From Massalongia carnosa (Eukaryota), in contig OZ287084.1 in the NCBI GenBank assembly GCA_965645245.1, forward strand, positions 310,001-374,000: a stretch of 64,000 nt of DNA, given 5' to 3'. The notes under the pieces are model-generated. The model saw only the letters and a list, made by a program, of their open reading frames with translations, did no database searches and was not told the DNA's origin. Within the stretch, counting starts at the first letter, position 1. Every line of letters begins with the position of its first letter. Positions 53,201 to 64,000 of this stretch are shown here, one piece after another. A program made the position numbers and the translations under genes.

Positions 53201-55084
53201 CACGGGCATGCCCAGGTCTTTCTCGACCACTTCGCGAGGAAGGTAAGCATACTACATTCACTTTTGCTTCAGAGGCATGGCTAACAATGCGATAGAACGT
53301 CGCCCAAGTTGGCGAGATTCCAATAGTTGAGTCCGTATATCCCATCACGCTATCGACGATGGAGCGGATCAGCTACTTGGAACTCGCGCAACAGGTAGGC
53401 TCGCAAGATGTGCGCCAAGTCCGGGGTGGCAAATCAAGAAGCGACGGTGATCGGGTGCGCCGTATCAATGAAGTGCTTCGGTCAAGCTCCTCTTCGGAGG
53501 AGGCACTCATTAAATGCGGCGCATTCTTCACGGTCAAGTCGCTAGCCACCTCGGAGGATCCGACTCTAACTCCCCTCGAATATCTCATTCGAGAGCGGGA
53601 GGTACAAGAGCAGGACTTGGTGAAGGAAATCACCACACATCTGCGGCATGCCGAGTGGCTCTACCGCCAATGTGGGAACCCGGAGTCTGAGTACTCGAGA
53701 TGGCAGTCGCACGTCAACGAAGGTTGCGTGCTCGACCCCGACACAAGGGGTCGGCTACTTGGACTGATCTCGAGGGCTCAGGAGGGTTACCACGAGAGCC
53801 ACGAGGGCGAGTTCTACCGAGAACCGCGAAGTGTCGCCCAAGCCCGAGAAGACAAGGCAAGAATGCGGGCTTGGGAAAAGGACCAGAAGGAGGCCAAGAA
53901 GGGGAAGAAGGGGAAGAAAGTACCAGCCAAGAAGACCAAGCGGTCGGAGAAGGCCAAGGCTGGGACTGACGAGGACGACGCATCTGATGGGACCTCCGAG
54001 AGCATAAGCTCAAAGGAGTCCCAGAATGATGTCGACGCCCTCGAGCAGCCTCTGCCGCCTTTCTTCGACCCAAGGCCAGACAGAATCCCTTGCGCAAATA
54101 GAGAAGAAAAGCTGAAGGCGCTCCGTAGGCTGACGGGTCATCTCAGACGCCTAGGGAGCGACCTAAGCTTGCGCAAGGGATCTCTCCGGTTCTTGGAGAG
54201 TATCAAGGCCACCATAGATTGGCAGGCTGGTACGGATGGACCGTTGAGGTGTGCGGGCTGCAACACCACCAACGATCCTAATCTCACCTTCATCCTCGGC
54301 CTCTGTGGGCATATCGCCTGCTCAGATTGTCTGCGCAGGCGCCTCCGGGGGGAAACATGCGTCGCGGCCGGGTGCGACTCCGCGGCCGAAGGCCACCACA
54401 CACACTGTGTGGCGGAGTTTGCCGACCAAGGGCAGCCGGATGTTAAATTCGGCTCCAAAACCGACGCGGTCCTTCAATGGATCATGAATACCCCAGAGGA
54501 GGACCAAGTCCTCCTCTTCGTCCAGTTCGAGGACCTCATGGACCAGATCACCACCGCTTTGCATGCTCTTGGCATAAAGTTCCATGCCATCCGGAACAAC
54601 AAGAGCATGGAAGCGGCGGAGAACCTGGATCAGTTCCAGGAGGAGACAAGAGCTGGACGGCGGAGGAAAGTCATCCTCCTCAACCCCTCCAACGAGTCGG
54701 CCGCAGGGGCGTAAGTCATGCCCACTTTTCCAGTATCTCAAGATTTCTTTGCTAACCCTTTGGACTTCTAGCAACTTGACCAACGCCAACCACGTAATGT
54801 TCGTGGCTCCGCTCCTCACCTCGTCGCTTGCCGACTGGGTCGCCGCAATAACTCAGTGCATTGGGCGGGCGCGACGATACGGTCAGAAAAAGATCGTATT
54901 TGTCTACCACTTCCTCGTCCTCGACACGATCGATGTCGATATTTTCCAAGACAGGACGGGGAAGCGCCTAGTGGAGACAAGCGCCGGCGAATGGGAGATG
55001 CTTGCCGCGGATCAACTCTCGGACGATCAGAAGAGAGTGGACCGCGGCACTGGCTTTACGAAGCAGCATCCATCCGCCGGTTAA
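47260..55084 (+). CDS. DNMT5: DNMT5-type C5-cytosine DNA methyltransferase fused to SNF2 ATPase and RING finger; introns 48518-48565, 48714-48762, 49564-49613, 52949-53141, 53243-53295, 54711-54771
   Basis: MTase motifs VATMCSGTESP (I), IAGFSCVDFS (IV, SC), ILENV (VI), PQTRSRGY (VIII), AGNAM (X); SNF2 motifs LRPEQARSLRWM, GGVLSDDVGFGKT, RIVIDEY, WVLSGTP; RING CAGC...CGHIACSDC...CVAAGC; helicase-C AAGANLTNANHV, QCIGRARRYGQ; frames join across all six introns. Confidence 0.93.
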
Positions 55085-55663
55085 GACTTGTTAGTGAGGA
55101 GGGAGCTTGGGCAGCGATGGTGGTTGGCGGCGAATGAGGAGGTCGCAGGCATTCTAACCGTGTGCATCGGGGACATTTGAGAGGTAGGCATTCTTGAGCC
55201 GGGGCTCGCTTTTTTTTATAAAAAAAAAAGTGGAATAAATTGACTAACGAAGGAAATTTTTCTAGCTTGGACTGTGGCGGAACGTTTTCCAGAGTTTACT
55301 CTAGAGGCGGATTTTTAAGAAAGAAAAATCAGAGGAGTTTTTTCAGATCAGACATCAGGAGATTTCCATTTGAACCTCGGAAGGGTTTTTCAGATCGAGC
55401 ATCGAGAAGGCATTTGCAGCCATCTAAGACGGATTTTAAAGCCTACTATAAGAAGAGTAGTATCTTTATGATATCAAAGGACTTCTTGGCATGAACATTG
55501 GGGAAGTACATTCCAAACTAGTTACCAAGAAGCATTTTCCACACATCAAAGATAGACCTCCGAGACAGCACTCTCCAGAGTGAACACAAGGAAAAATTTT
55601 CAGATATTGGAAGGGGATTTCCAAGATTGCCATCCGACGCACATTTCTTAGATTGAACACCAC

Positions 55664-55976
55664 GGCGGAAGTTTCGGCACTGAACACCACAAGACACTTC
55701 TCTATATAGACATCGGAAGCGCGATCAGGGTCAGCGTTTTCTTTCTAACTTTCGTGACGAGGTTTCCACCACCTGATACCCCAGATCGCGCCAAAATTAT
55801 ACGTTCTTCCTTCGGCAGAAATTTCGGGACTGAAAACCACAAGATACTTATCTACATAGATATCAGAAGCGTGATCAAGGCAGCATTTTCTTTCTTACTT
55901 TCGCGGCGAGGTTTCCACGTTCATGGCTACATTAATACCCCAGATCTCGCCACAATTTATGTTCTTCCTTCGGCAA
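55664..55976. repeat. Diverged tandem duplication, ~150-160-bp unit x2
   Basis: ACCACAAGA.ACTT.TCTA.ATAGA.ATC.GAAGCG.GATCA.GG...CGAGGTTTCCAC...ATACCCCAGATC.CGCCA.AATT...GTTCTTCCTTCGGCA occurs twice. Confidence 0.85.
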
Positions 55977-56279
55977 TTTTGTCTAGGCTCTTCTCTCCAT
56001 ACACACCGGCTCGTATTTCGCATATTACATTGCAAAGGAGGAAGACTCGTTTCTTCGGTTGACGGCGTCAATTATCGGGTCTTGTTATAGTTTGATCGGA
56101 AAATTTATACTGGATCTATGTGGAAAGCCAAGCGCCAGTTCAGTTCAATTCAGAGCTGGTTTTGTGACTAAAGTTCGCTAAGGAGGATTTTAATCAACCT
56201 CAAGCTAATGCCGATTTCACCTTCACTCTCCACCGATAAAAAAAATCTCACTTTTTACGACTTCACCCCTCCTTCTTTC

Positions 56280-56860
56280 TCTTCTTCTAATCCAATTTCC
56301 AACCCCCCAGCTTTCCGAAATACTCGCCATCATCCAGCCAGCTCATTCGAGATATATCCCTCATTCTATTCTTCCCAGACAACGTTAGAGATGGAATTAT
56401 CAGAAATCCAAGTTTGGGCGTGAGTGCAAGGGTTAATATGTATGTATGAATGAATTCTATCAATGGCGAAAATGTTGACGAATCCGCAAAAGCAAAGAAT
56501 CCGGGAAAATGCAACGTCGACTAAATTGCAAGGCAAACAAACGCGAAATCCTTTCGAACCCCCCCCTCTCTCTCTCTATTCCTTCTAATCCATTTCGCAA
56601 CCTCTCAGCATTTCGAGACAATCACTATCATTCGATCGGCTTCCTCAAGAGAACTCTCTCGCTTCATTCTTTCCAACGACGTCAGCGCTAGAGACGGGAT
56701 TATTCGGGAATATGAGTTTGGGCATAAGTGCAAGGATCGATCGGGTATGTTTGTATGAAACCTCATCGACAGCGAGCGAAATTGCTAGCTAACCCGCAAA
56801 AGCAAAGAACCCGGGAAAAAGCACCATGAGCCAACTTTGTAAGGCAAACAAACGCGAAAA
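56280..56860. repeat. Diverged tandem duplication, ~295-bp unit x2
   Basis: CTTCTAATCCA..., AGTTTGGGC.T.AGTGCAAGG, CCGCAAAAGCAAAGAA.CCGGGAAAA and AAGGCAAACAAACGCGAAA occur in both copies. Confidence 0.85.
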
Positions 56861-57408
56861 TAAGATTCCTGATGAGAAAGAGCGGGGGGGGGGGGCCAAG
56901 GGGATGAGAAAACAACCACCGCGTGGCACGAGCGATCGGAAAGGGAGGAGCAATGAGAGGGAATGAGTAGTGAGGAGCGTTTACGTGGACGTGGAGGAGT
57001 AGATATGAATGATTTTCTTTGGAGTTTGGTAGTGTAGGAGAAAGGCAACTAAGAAATGGGCGAGTAGCAAGAGACCTAGTAGAAAAGTCTGGTCTGGTCT
57101 GGCGCGATGTGATACAATTGGCTGTATATAATATCCCAAGTTCCCAAGCTATGGAAAGATAGAGAGAATGGCTGGCTATTTAGATGCATATCCTCGTCGT
57201 CATCTTACAACCTTTTCAAACACTTTCCTGCTAGCCGTAACAGCCAGACCAAGTGCCCCAACTTCCTTTTACCACTCCCGAGTTTAGTCTACCAATCTGC
57301 TACACGTCGCTGCGTTTTCCGGTCTTGGACCTATTAGCTATGCATCGAAATAGGTAAATACATCAAGGGCCGAACATCCTTTCCGGTGCTCCCCAACCCC
57401 TACTTGTT

Positions 57409-58006
57409 TGCCTTGCCTTGCCTTGTCTTGCCTTGTCTTGCCTACCTGCATACTGCCCACACCTTCCCGCCCCACTGCGTATAGCCCTTCCCTTCCAAGT
57501 TTTCCTTTCTTCTCCTTCTTTTCTCTCCTAACTGGGGAAACCCCCCCACCCTCGAAATCTCTTCGTGACGGGGAGGTGGTTGTGGTGGTGCGGCAATGGC
57601 ATGCCGGATGGAGGATTTATGGGGGTGGTGATGTACAGGCCCTGCGTGTCTGGGGAAGGAAGTTTCGTTTGGTTTTGTTGGGGATTGTTTTTGAGGGGGG
57701 GAGGGCTTTTTTGGTTTTGGTAGGGTGGATTAGAGTGGAGCAGATGGGGGAGAGAAGCGCTTTATATTAAATCCGTTGAGGGGTTTCCGAAGATTCTTTC
57801 GGGGCCCCGAAGGAGGCGAGGGAAGGTATGGGTGTATGGATGGATGGGAGGATGGATGGGAGGACAGGGAATGGGATGGACGGACGGATGAACAAATAGC
57901 GGCTCGTGAACGGATGAGTGAGCGGCAAGTAGATAGGTAGGTGGCTGGTTGACTGACTGACTGACTGACTGACTGCCTGGCTGAGCGACTGAGCGAGCGA
58001 GCGAGT
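57409..58006. repeat. Simple-repeat-rich tract: (TTGCC/TTGTC)n, (GGAT)n, (GACT)n, (GAGC)n
   Basis: Direct reading at 57409-57441, 57835-57890 and 57950-58006. Confidence 0.85.
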
Positions 58007-59558
58007 AAGTAAAAAACTGCTTCTTCTGTGTATATAGATCCGGTAGTTTACATATAAACCCAAGTGGTCGATCGGATAGCGGAACGAGCGCGTGAAGCGG
58101 GATTCTGGCCGGCGGGCGCGAGGGAGAAAGAAAGAGGAGCATGATGATGGTGGTGCTGGTGACGGCGTGCTGTATGTAGCAGTAGTAATAATAGTAAGTG
58201 AAGATATGTGGTGGTGGTAACGGAGTGGGACTTTTCGGGAGAGGGTTTGGGGGGGGGATGATTTTGCAGTGGGGAATGGCTGGCTACCTAGGAGGAACTG
58301 AGAAGGATATTTGATGGAGGATAGAGGGTCAGTACGTAGACTGAGGATATAGAAATCTTGATATGATGCCGATAGCTTTTATATATGAACCGTAAAGAGC
58401 AGGTATAATACATAAACCAAAGTCCTGAGCAAACCCACCTTGTATCTGATCATCATGAAACCCGCCATGCATTGAAGGGCAGGAAACCCCTAATATCTGT
58501 AGGTTGCAAGGTAGCCTAGGTCCTTATGGAGGCAAGTAAGCCGGCTAGCAACTAATCCTTATTTGTAAGAATTCGAAAATAGATATAAACGGCAGGCAAA
58601 ACTTATAGCATGAGTATCAGTTAAACTATGCCCATCCAGAGTGACTTCCAACCAACGTTTTATGTCAGTCATTTCGCTTTTTGCGTTACTTTTTCGTAGC
58701 TCCTGTCTCGGGATAAGCCAGGTAGAGCTACGGAAACAGATAGATACTTGACATAAAAGGTATAGGGGTCGGCATTAGGTCTTCTATCTGGTAAGGATAG
58801 TAGACATTCTTCTTTCCCAGTTTAGGGTTCGCACCTGGATATCCATTTGCGTGCTAAAAATTTGTAGATTCAATGGTTTCCGTTTGCCAAAGTAAACCAC
58901 AATGAGCTAGTAAAAAGTGAACCAAGGAGAAGAAAAAGGGGGTTAGAAGAGATCCGTATTACAAGCCCTAGTTCTGCAATGTAACAAGCAAATTTGAATG
59001 GAAATTCCATGAAAGAAGTGTTCCCTGAAGAGAGCCTTAATCACTTCCAAGCTTTGAAGGGTTGAAATAAGTTCATCACAAAACAAGATCCAACGCATAT
59101 ATGGTTCGGCAACTATTGCCGAAAACCTAATAATGAATATACATCATCAACAAACTAGCAGACGCAGGTCAGAGTAATACCGCGATCAAGGGCACCGTAG
59201 GATGTAGTACAAATATGTCCAGCGCGTTATAGATATGCTGCTGCTTCGTAGGGCGACGCTAGCCATTTCACGATCACTGATATACTCGCTGTTCATTGAT
59301 CCTGCATCATGAAGTAAACAGCCCTCGCCTTTATCAAAATCAACCACTAGAACGTTACTTCGAAATCCAAAGTAGACTGGTGCTGTGGGTATACATCAGT
59401 TCTGACAGTTGTACCCGTTATATAGACTGAAAGAGATTGTTCTAAGCTCGAGACAAACTTTCACTTAGCTTTTTTGGTGGTACCTGATTCCTGGTTTTTT
59501 GTTTCAAGACTTTATGCCTAAGCGTTTAAGATAGGAAGAATTCAAAGTCCTTGAAAGC

Positions 59559-62233
59559 ATGGATCAAAGCAGCGACACAAGTCCACTCTCTAGTGCTCCA
59601 ACGTCTTCTCCTGATTTAGGAAAGTCGCCATCTGATATGATGAACACGCAAAACAGATCCTCTAGAGTGACCCGGTCTCAGGCTGGTAGCAATCAAACAC
59701 AAAACAGCCCTTCCGGAAAAACCAAATCGCAAGCTGATGGGGATCAAGCACAAGATACCCTTTCTAAAAGGACCAAAGCTCAACCTAAGGGCAAACAGGC
59801 ACAGAAAAATGAAAGGTCTGTAAAACTGAAAACCCGTACAGGGTCGCAACGCTAACTTTTGAGAATCATTATAGCGATGATAAAAGATCAACTATTGTTG
59901 GAGGTGCGAGTAAATCGCCCCCAAAAAAGGTTGGTAGCAATCACTCTAGAACTGTATATGGAAACTCAAACTTATTGGATGTTTAAGACAGCAAAAAACC
60001 CTGCAAAAGGAGGTCGCCGTTCTGCTGTAGGACCGAAATCTGATGTGAACACCAGAAATTCTAATGCTCAAGCTGCGACATTGGATCACTCGCAGATTAC
60101 ACTAGCCACGAAACTGAAGCCTAAATCCAGGAACGTGAAATCAAACATGACGGACGGGCTTCAGTCATTGAACACAGAACTCATTGCAGGAAGCTCGCTC
60201 AAAATCAACGGTCCGGACGTTGGCCAGGTGTCCAACACTAAGCGGTCTTCAAGGAAATTAGAACTCACCAATCCAGAGTCACCGGTCCAAGCTCGAGCTA
60301 AGAGCACGCAAATATCAGTCTCTTTAGCTCACAACACTGACTCGGTTCAAGACGAAAGCAACGGTACTGGTAAGACGTTTAGACGCAGACCCACGAGAGC
60401 AGCCAGAGCTAGTAAATCTAACCCTCCAGAAAATCTTATTGTTTCTAATTTGAAAGACAATTTCAACCGGAGTGATACTCATAATCTCAACATGAGCAAA
60501 GTAGTAGCTGATAGCTTCACACCGGTTGAACCAAAAAACTCCTCACCTACAAACCAGACCACTCGGCGCCGAAAATTGAAGAGAGAGGGTGAAGCTGCTT
60601 GGAAGATATGGAGAGCACGGAAAGGTAGGTGCAAGACTTTTCCATAGTTGCATTATCTGGTTTCTGGTTTTGCTAATGTCTGACCGTGATTGAGTAGAGC
60701 GGATATTGGAGTTTTTCAAACAGCCCGTAAATACCGACAGCTCCATGGTCGTTCCTGATGGATTCAATTTATGTGAGGAAGAAGGGGTGTATGTATTCTC
60801 CCCAACGGCGGCAGCACTAAGCAACTTTGAAACATTTCTTGAAAAAGCCGAAGAGGTAGCTGGGCGGAGGAGAGGCGTGGTTAAAGTTATCCTACCAAGA
60901 GAATGGTAAGTCATAATTTCCATTCTACAGGCACTGTAATCAACGAGAGGTGTGTTCTAATGAATCACCCAGGACATTGGTGTATCCACCTCCACATCTT
61001 GTCGTAGCATCGACCTCGACAACAACAACAACAACAACGCTAGATAATAGCCCTTCGACCTGGATTCGGCCGTATAACACGAAGCTCAATCTCCATGTGC
61101 CGCTTTCGCATAATCTGCCAATGTACAAAGTCAGCATGCTCGGTGCGATCAACACTCCTGTAGCTGAATGGCAGCAAGAACTAGAAAGAGATCGAGAGTC
61201 AGTGATTAGAGGATGGGCTTTAGATCAACCTTTTCCCGATGATGTGTACAATGCCGTCATGTATTCACTTCCGGAAAAGCAAATGATCGCCCGGAGTCAA
61301 GCATTAAGCGAGGGAGAATATTATGCTGAAGATATTGAAGGTTAGTGATTGGAGCGATTTCAAAGTTCTGGGGTCGCCGCTAATATGATTGCTACATTAG
61401 CAACTGATATCCTTCGAAGGGCCATGCAATGTGGAGGACCGGATCTGCGACGTGTTCAACCAACCAATTTCCAAGGGCGATATCGGGCAGACGATAAGAC
61501 GCACTCATTCTTTCAAGTCTCTGGGGCTCAAGGGTCGCCATTTGGTCTTCGAACATCAAATGGAGCAGCGTATATCCTCAATTATCTATACCGCGGTGCT
61601 CCCAAAAAGTGGACGATTTTTGAACCAAGCGAAACTCCAAAGTTGGAAGAATTCATTTATGAAGACGTGGAGCTTGCAGGAGGGCGGTTAGAGAAACTGC
61701 GGTCGGGCCACAAACCGCCCACGCACCCTCCACGATGTGATCAGTTCTTGGCGCACGAGCAGTTTTATCTGCCGCAGGAGACGTTATTGGCCAAACATCT
61801 GAAGTACTCAGAAACGATCCAGTATCAAGGGGAGATCATCATCATCTTCCCTCTTGCATATTACCAAGGGTATAGCACCGGACCTAGTCTGGCCGAGAGC
61901 AGGAGATACGTCAATCGTCGCTCTAAAGATATGGGATATAGCGACATATGGCAATGGTGCAGTGAGCGGTGCACGGGGACCGAAGCCAAATACGCCGAGG
62001 ATCATCCAATGTCCGAAGAACCTGGAGATGAGGAAACGGCCTCAAATAATCCTCAAACGGGGCGTATTTCCGTGTCTTCACTTCTTAATGAGGCGGGCCA
62101 CGAAAGCACCTCTTCAGCAGCGCCAATACCCGGCCAGAGTTCTGTCCACACCAAGATGAGTGTTGCCAGCCTCCTTATACACGCAGAGGCTGTGACGGAG
62201 ACAAGGAATCAGAGCGGCGACGGGGACGCCTAG
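59559..62233 (+). CDS. KDM4/JMJD2-like JmjN+JmjC domain protein, predicted catalytically inactive; multi-exon (5' exon boundaries uncertain)
   Basis: JmjN GVYVFSPTAAALSNFETFLEKAE...GVVKVILPREW; JmjC YYAEDIE|, LNYLYRGAPKKW, CDQFLAH, QYQGEIIIIFPLAYYQGYSTGPSLAES; introns near 60626-60696, 60906-60972 and 61321+ (GTTAGT..CTAAT..TAG, ending 61400). Confidence 0.88.
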
Positions 62234-62912
62234 ATGAGATTCGACTGAGCTCGGGGCAATCTGTATTTACCCTAATATGTATCGTGCTCCGGTGCCGTTC
62301 TGGAAGTACTGGTGCATTAAGATGCATGGAGATGAGAAAGGCCGGATCTTGTGCGACTCTTTGTCTTAGTTCATCAGTCGGATTCCATTCGTTCTTTACT
62401 CACTGTGGGTGGGTAGTAGTTATGTACCGTTGTTCGCTCGACGCCTGAACTTTCCCTTGCCCGCATATGTTGTTTTAGTTCTCTTAAAGTGCGTTCAGTT
62501 AAGAAAGCTAGATTATGCCATATTTCCATTCAGTAAAGCATTACTCTGTACACTTAGATACAGTGTGAGAAAAAACCCAGACTTGTGGACGCCAGAATGT
62601 ACCTACCTCTCCTGCTAGAACCCCAACCATTCAAACCACTCCCATTCTAAGGCAGCGGATAGGCAGCACAGATTTAGCTGTCAAAGAGAATCCCTTAACC
62701 TTTGACTGAGCATATCTTCTCTTATTGAAGGTTCGACTCGCTAACAGAGTACACAATACACAATACATCATAAGCTACGCGGTATGATACAGACAAGCGC
62801 CATGGAACTTTCTTGTTCTCTTAGCGAGCAAACGTCATCGCAATTGACTCACAAACGAAATAGGTAGATAGGGGATGTAGTTAGGATATATTTTTCTGGT
62901 ATCAATACTCAT

Positions 62913-64000
62913 CTACGCCTCTTCCTCTTCACTCCTCACGCTGGCAGTCACAAGTGCAGCTGGAGGGCTGCATTCCGTATTGCTCAAGCGTCTTTCTTCG
63001 AAAAGTCCACAGGGCTTTTCGGAATATCTCTTACCATATAGCCGCCTACGTGAAGAATACAACGAACATAGAGGGGACTCTGTGCCGGGAGGCGATTCAA
63101 AGACAGCGGTTTCACAACACGCCGCCTTGTTGCTGGTTGCGGGAAGATGGTTGTAGAAAACATGTTGACGGCTAGTGTAAGGGGTTGCTGACTTTACCCC
63201 GTCCCTGCCGGCGATCAAGTAAATCTCTACCAATACGGGGCTGATCGATCTCATAAACATTTCGCAAAAGTACGCAAGTTTTTCTATCCTATCGATCATT
63301 TCTTGCAACATAATATCATTTTACGAGTAATCCAGCCCTTGGATATTGCCTCAGAAGTCCCTCCAGCAGATGCTCCAGGAAAACCCCCCCATTTCTGAAA
63401 ATCCATCCTCCCGTAGCCCGCCAACCCCTAAAGGATACGTCGTGCACTCAAAGATGGGTATCAGATATGACGGAGATGTGGAGAGTTGCTTTCACCAGCA
63501 ACTGTAGTGCAAGAAAATGTGGATCTCCATCGAGGAGTCGGACAAATCCCCCTCGTCGTCCATCCTCATCACTTCCTCAATCTCGTCGTCCGTCGTCGCT
63601 TCCTCGATTTCATCGTCTGTCATCGCGTCCTCGGTTTCGCCGTCAGTCGCTTCCTCGATCTCGTCGTCCGCCACAGACGCCTCGTCCACCAGAATGTCAA
63701 TCGTTATATCATCACTCTTCACAATTTCTTTCACCGTATCCTTCTCCACTTGGTCCATCTCAACAACCGCCCACGTCCTCTCTCCACTTACCTCAACCTC
63801 ATGCGAGGGGTTGCCTTCCAAAGTCCCCTTCCAAACACCAATTCTCTCCAATCCTCCAACTCTCCTCTTCAACTCCTGCAGATCCTCCTCCGAGATCCAG
63901 CATCCCCCTAAACATATCTCCTTGCAAGATTTCCACCGGATAGCTGGTGCACTAAACCACTTTCCTTTCCCCTCCTTTGCCGCCACCTCATCTAACAACA
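62913..64000 (-). pseudogene. Partial/possibly decayed gene running off the window end, with acidic 8-9-aa tandem repeats
   Basis: ORF 63492-63998 carries (T/A)DDEIEEA-type repeats encoded by 24-27-bp tandem units (63570-63675); the same frame continues to 62913 through in-frame stops; product unknown. Confidence 0.3.

Noticed and set aside
47892..54949. Numerous antisense and alternative-frame ORFs over DNMT5 and other genes
   Set aside because: Shadow ORFs of GC-rich coding sequence
58420..59160. Telomerase RNA hypothesis (ATAAGT at 59067 with downstream branch and acceptor; U-rich/A-rich pairing)
   Set aside because: No TAACCCTAA-type template on the same strand and the short motifs are expected by chance; kept only as a generic structured-RNA candidate
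62728..62742. GGTTCGACTC B-box/tRNA T-loop-like motif (a similar one is at ~13159-13170)
   Set aside because: No T-stem or cloverleaf pairing around it

Overview
Filamentous ascomycete (Pezizomycotina-type) nuclear DNA with short GT-AG introns and CTAAC/CTGAC-type branch sites. About 13 spliced or intronless protein genes are supported: a Cys-rich membrane-anchored surface protein, a HeLo-like N-terminal domain protein, homocysteine S-methyltransferase, a divergent Zn2Cys6 TF/RTA1 pair, a NIPA Mg transporter, a patatin-fold protein, a second Zn2Cys6 TF, a conserved hypothetical protein, ribosomal protein eL42/L44 (missed by the ORF track), a 2H-phosphoesterase, a full-length DNMT5-type DNA methyltransferase-SNF2-RING gene and a KDM4-like JmjN/JmjC gene. 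There are two transposon zones. The first is a decayed Ty1/copia element (7.4-13.0 kb) with non-matching LTRs and a solo-LTR-like insert in its RT. The second is a nest at 28.7-31 kb of a Tc1/mariner relic, a Mutator-like relic and a 5'-truncated LINE with a clean TSD. The most notable feature is at the 3' end: an apparently intact DNMT5 with no recognisable chromodomain lies just upstream of a JmjC protein that has lost all three Fe(II) ligands, and the spacer between them holds tandem duplications and a strongly base-paired segment. All calls come from reading the sequence by eye; no searches were run.
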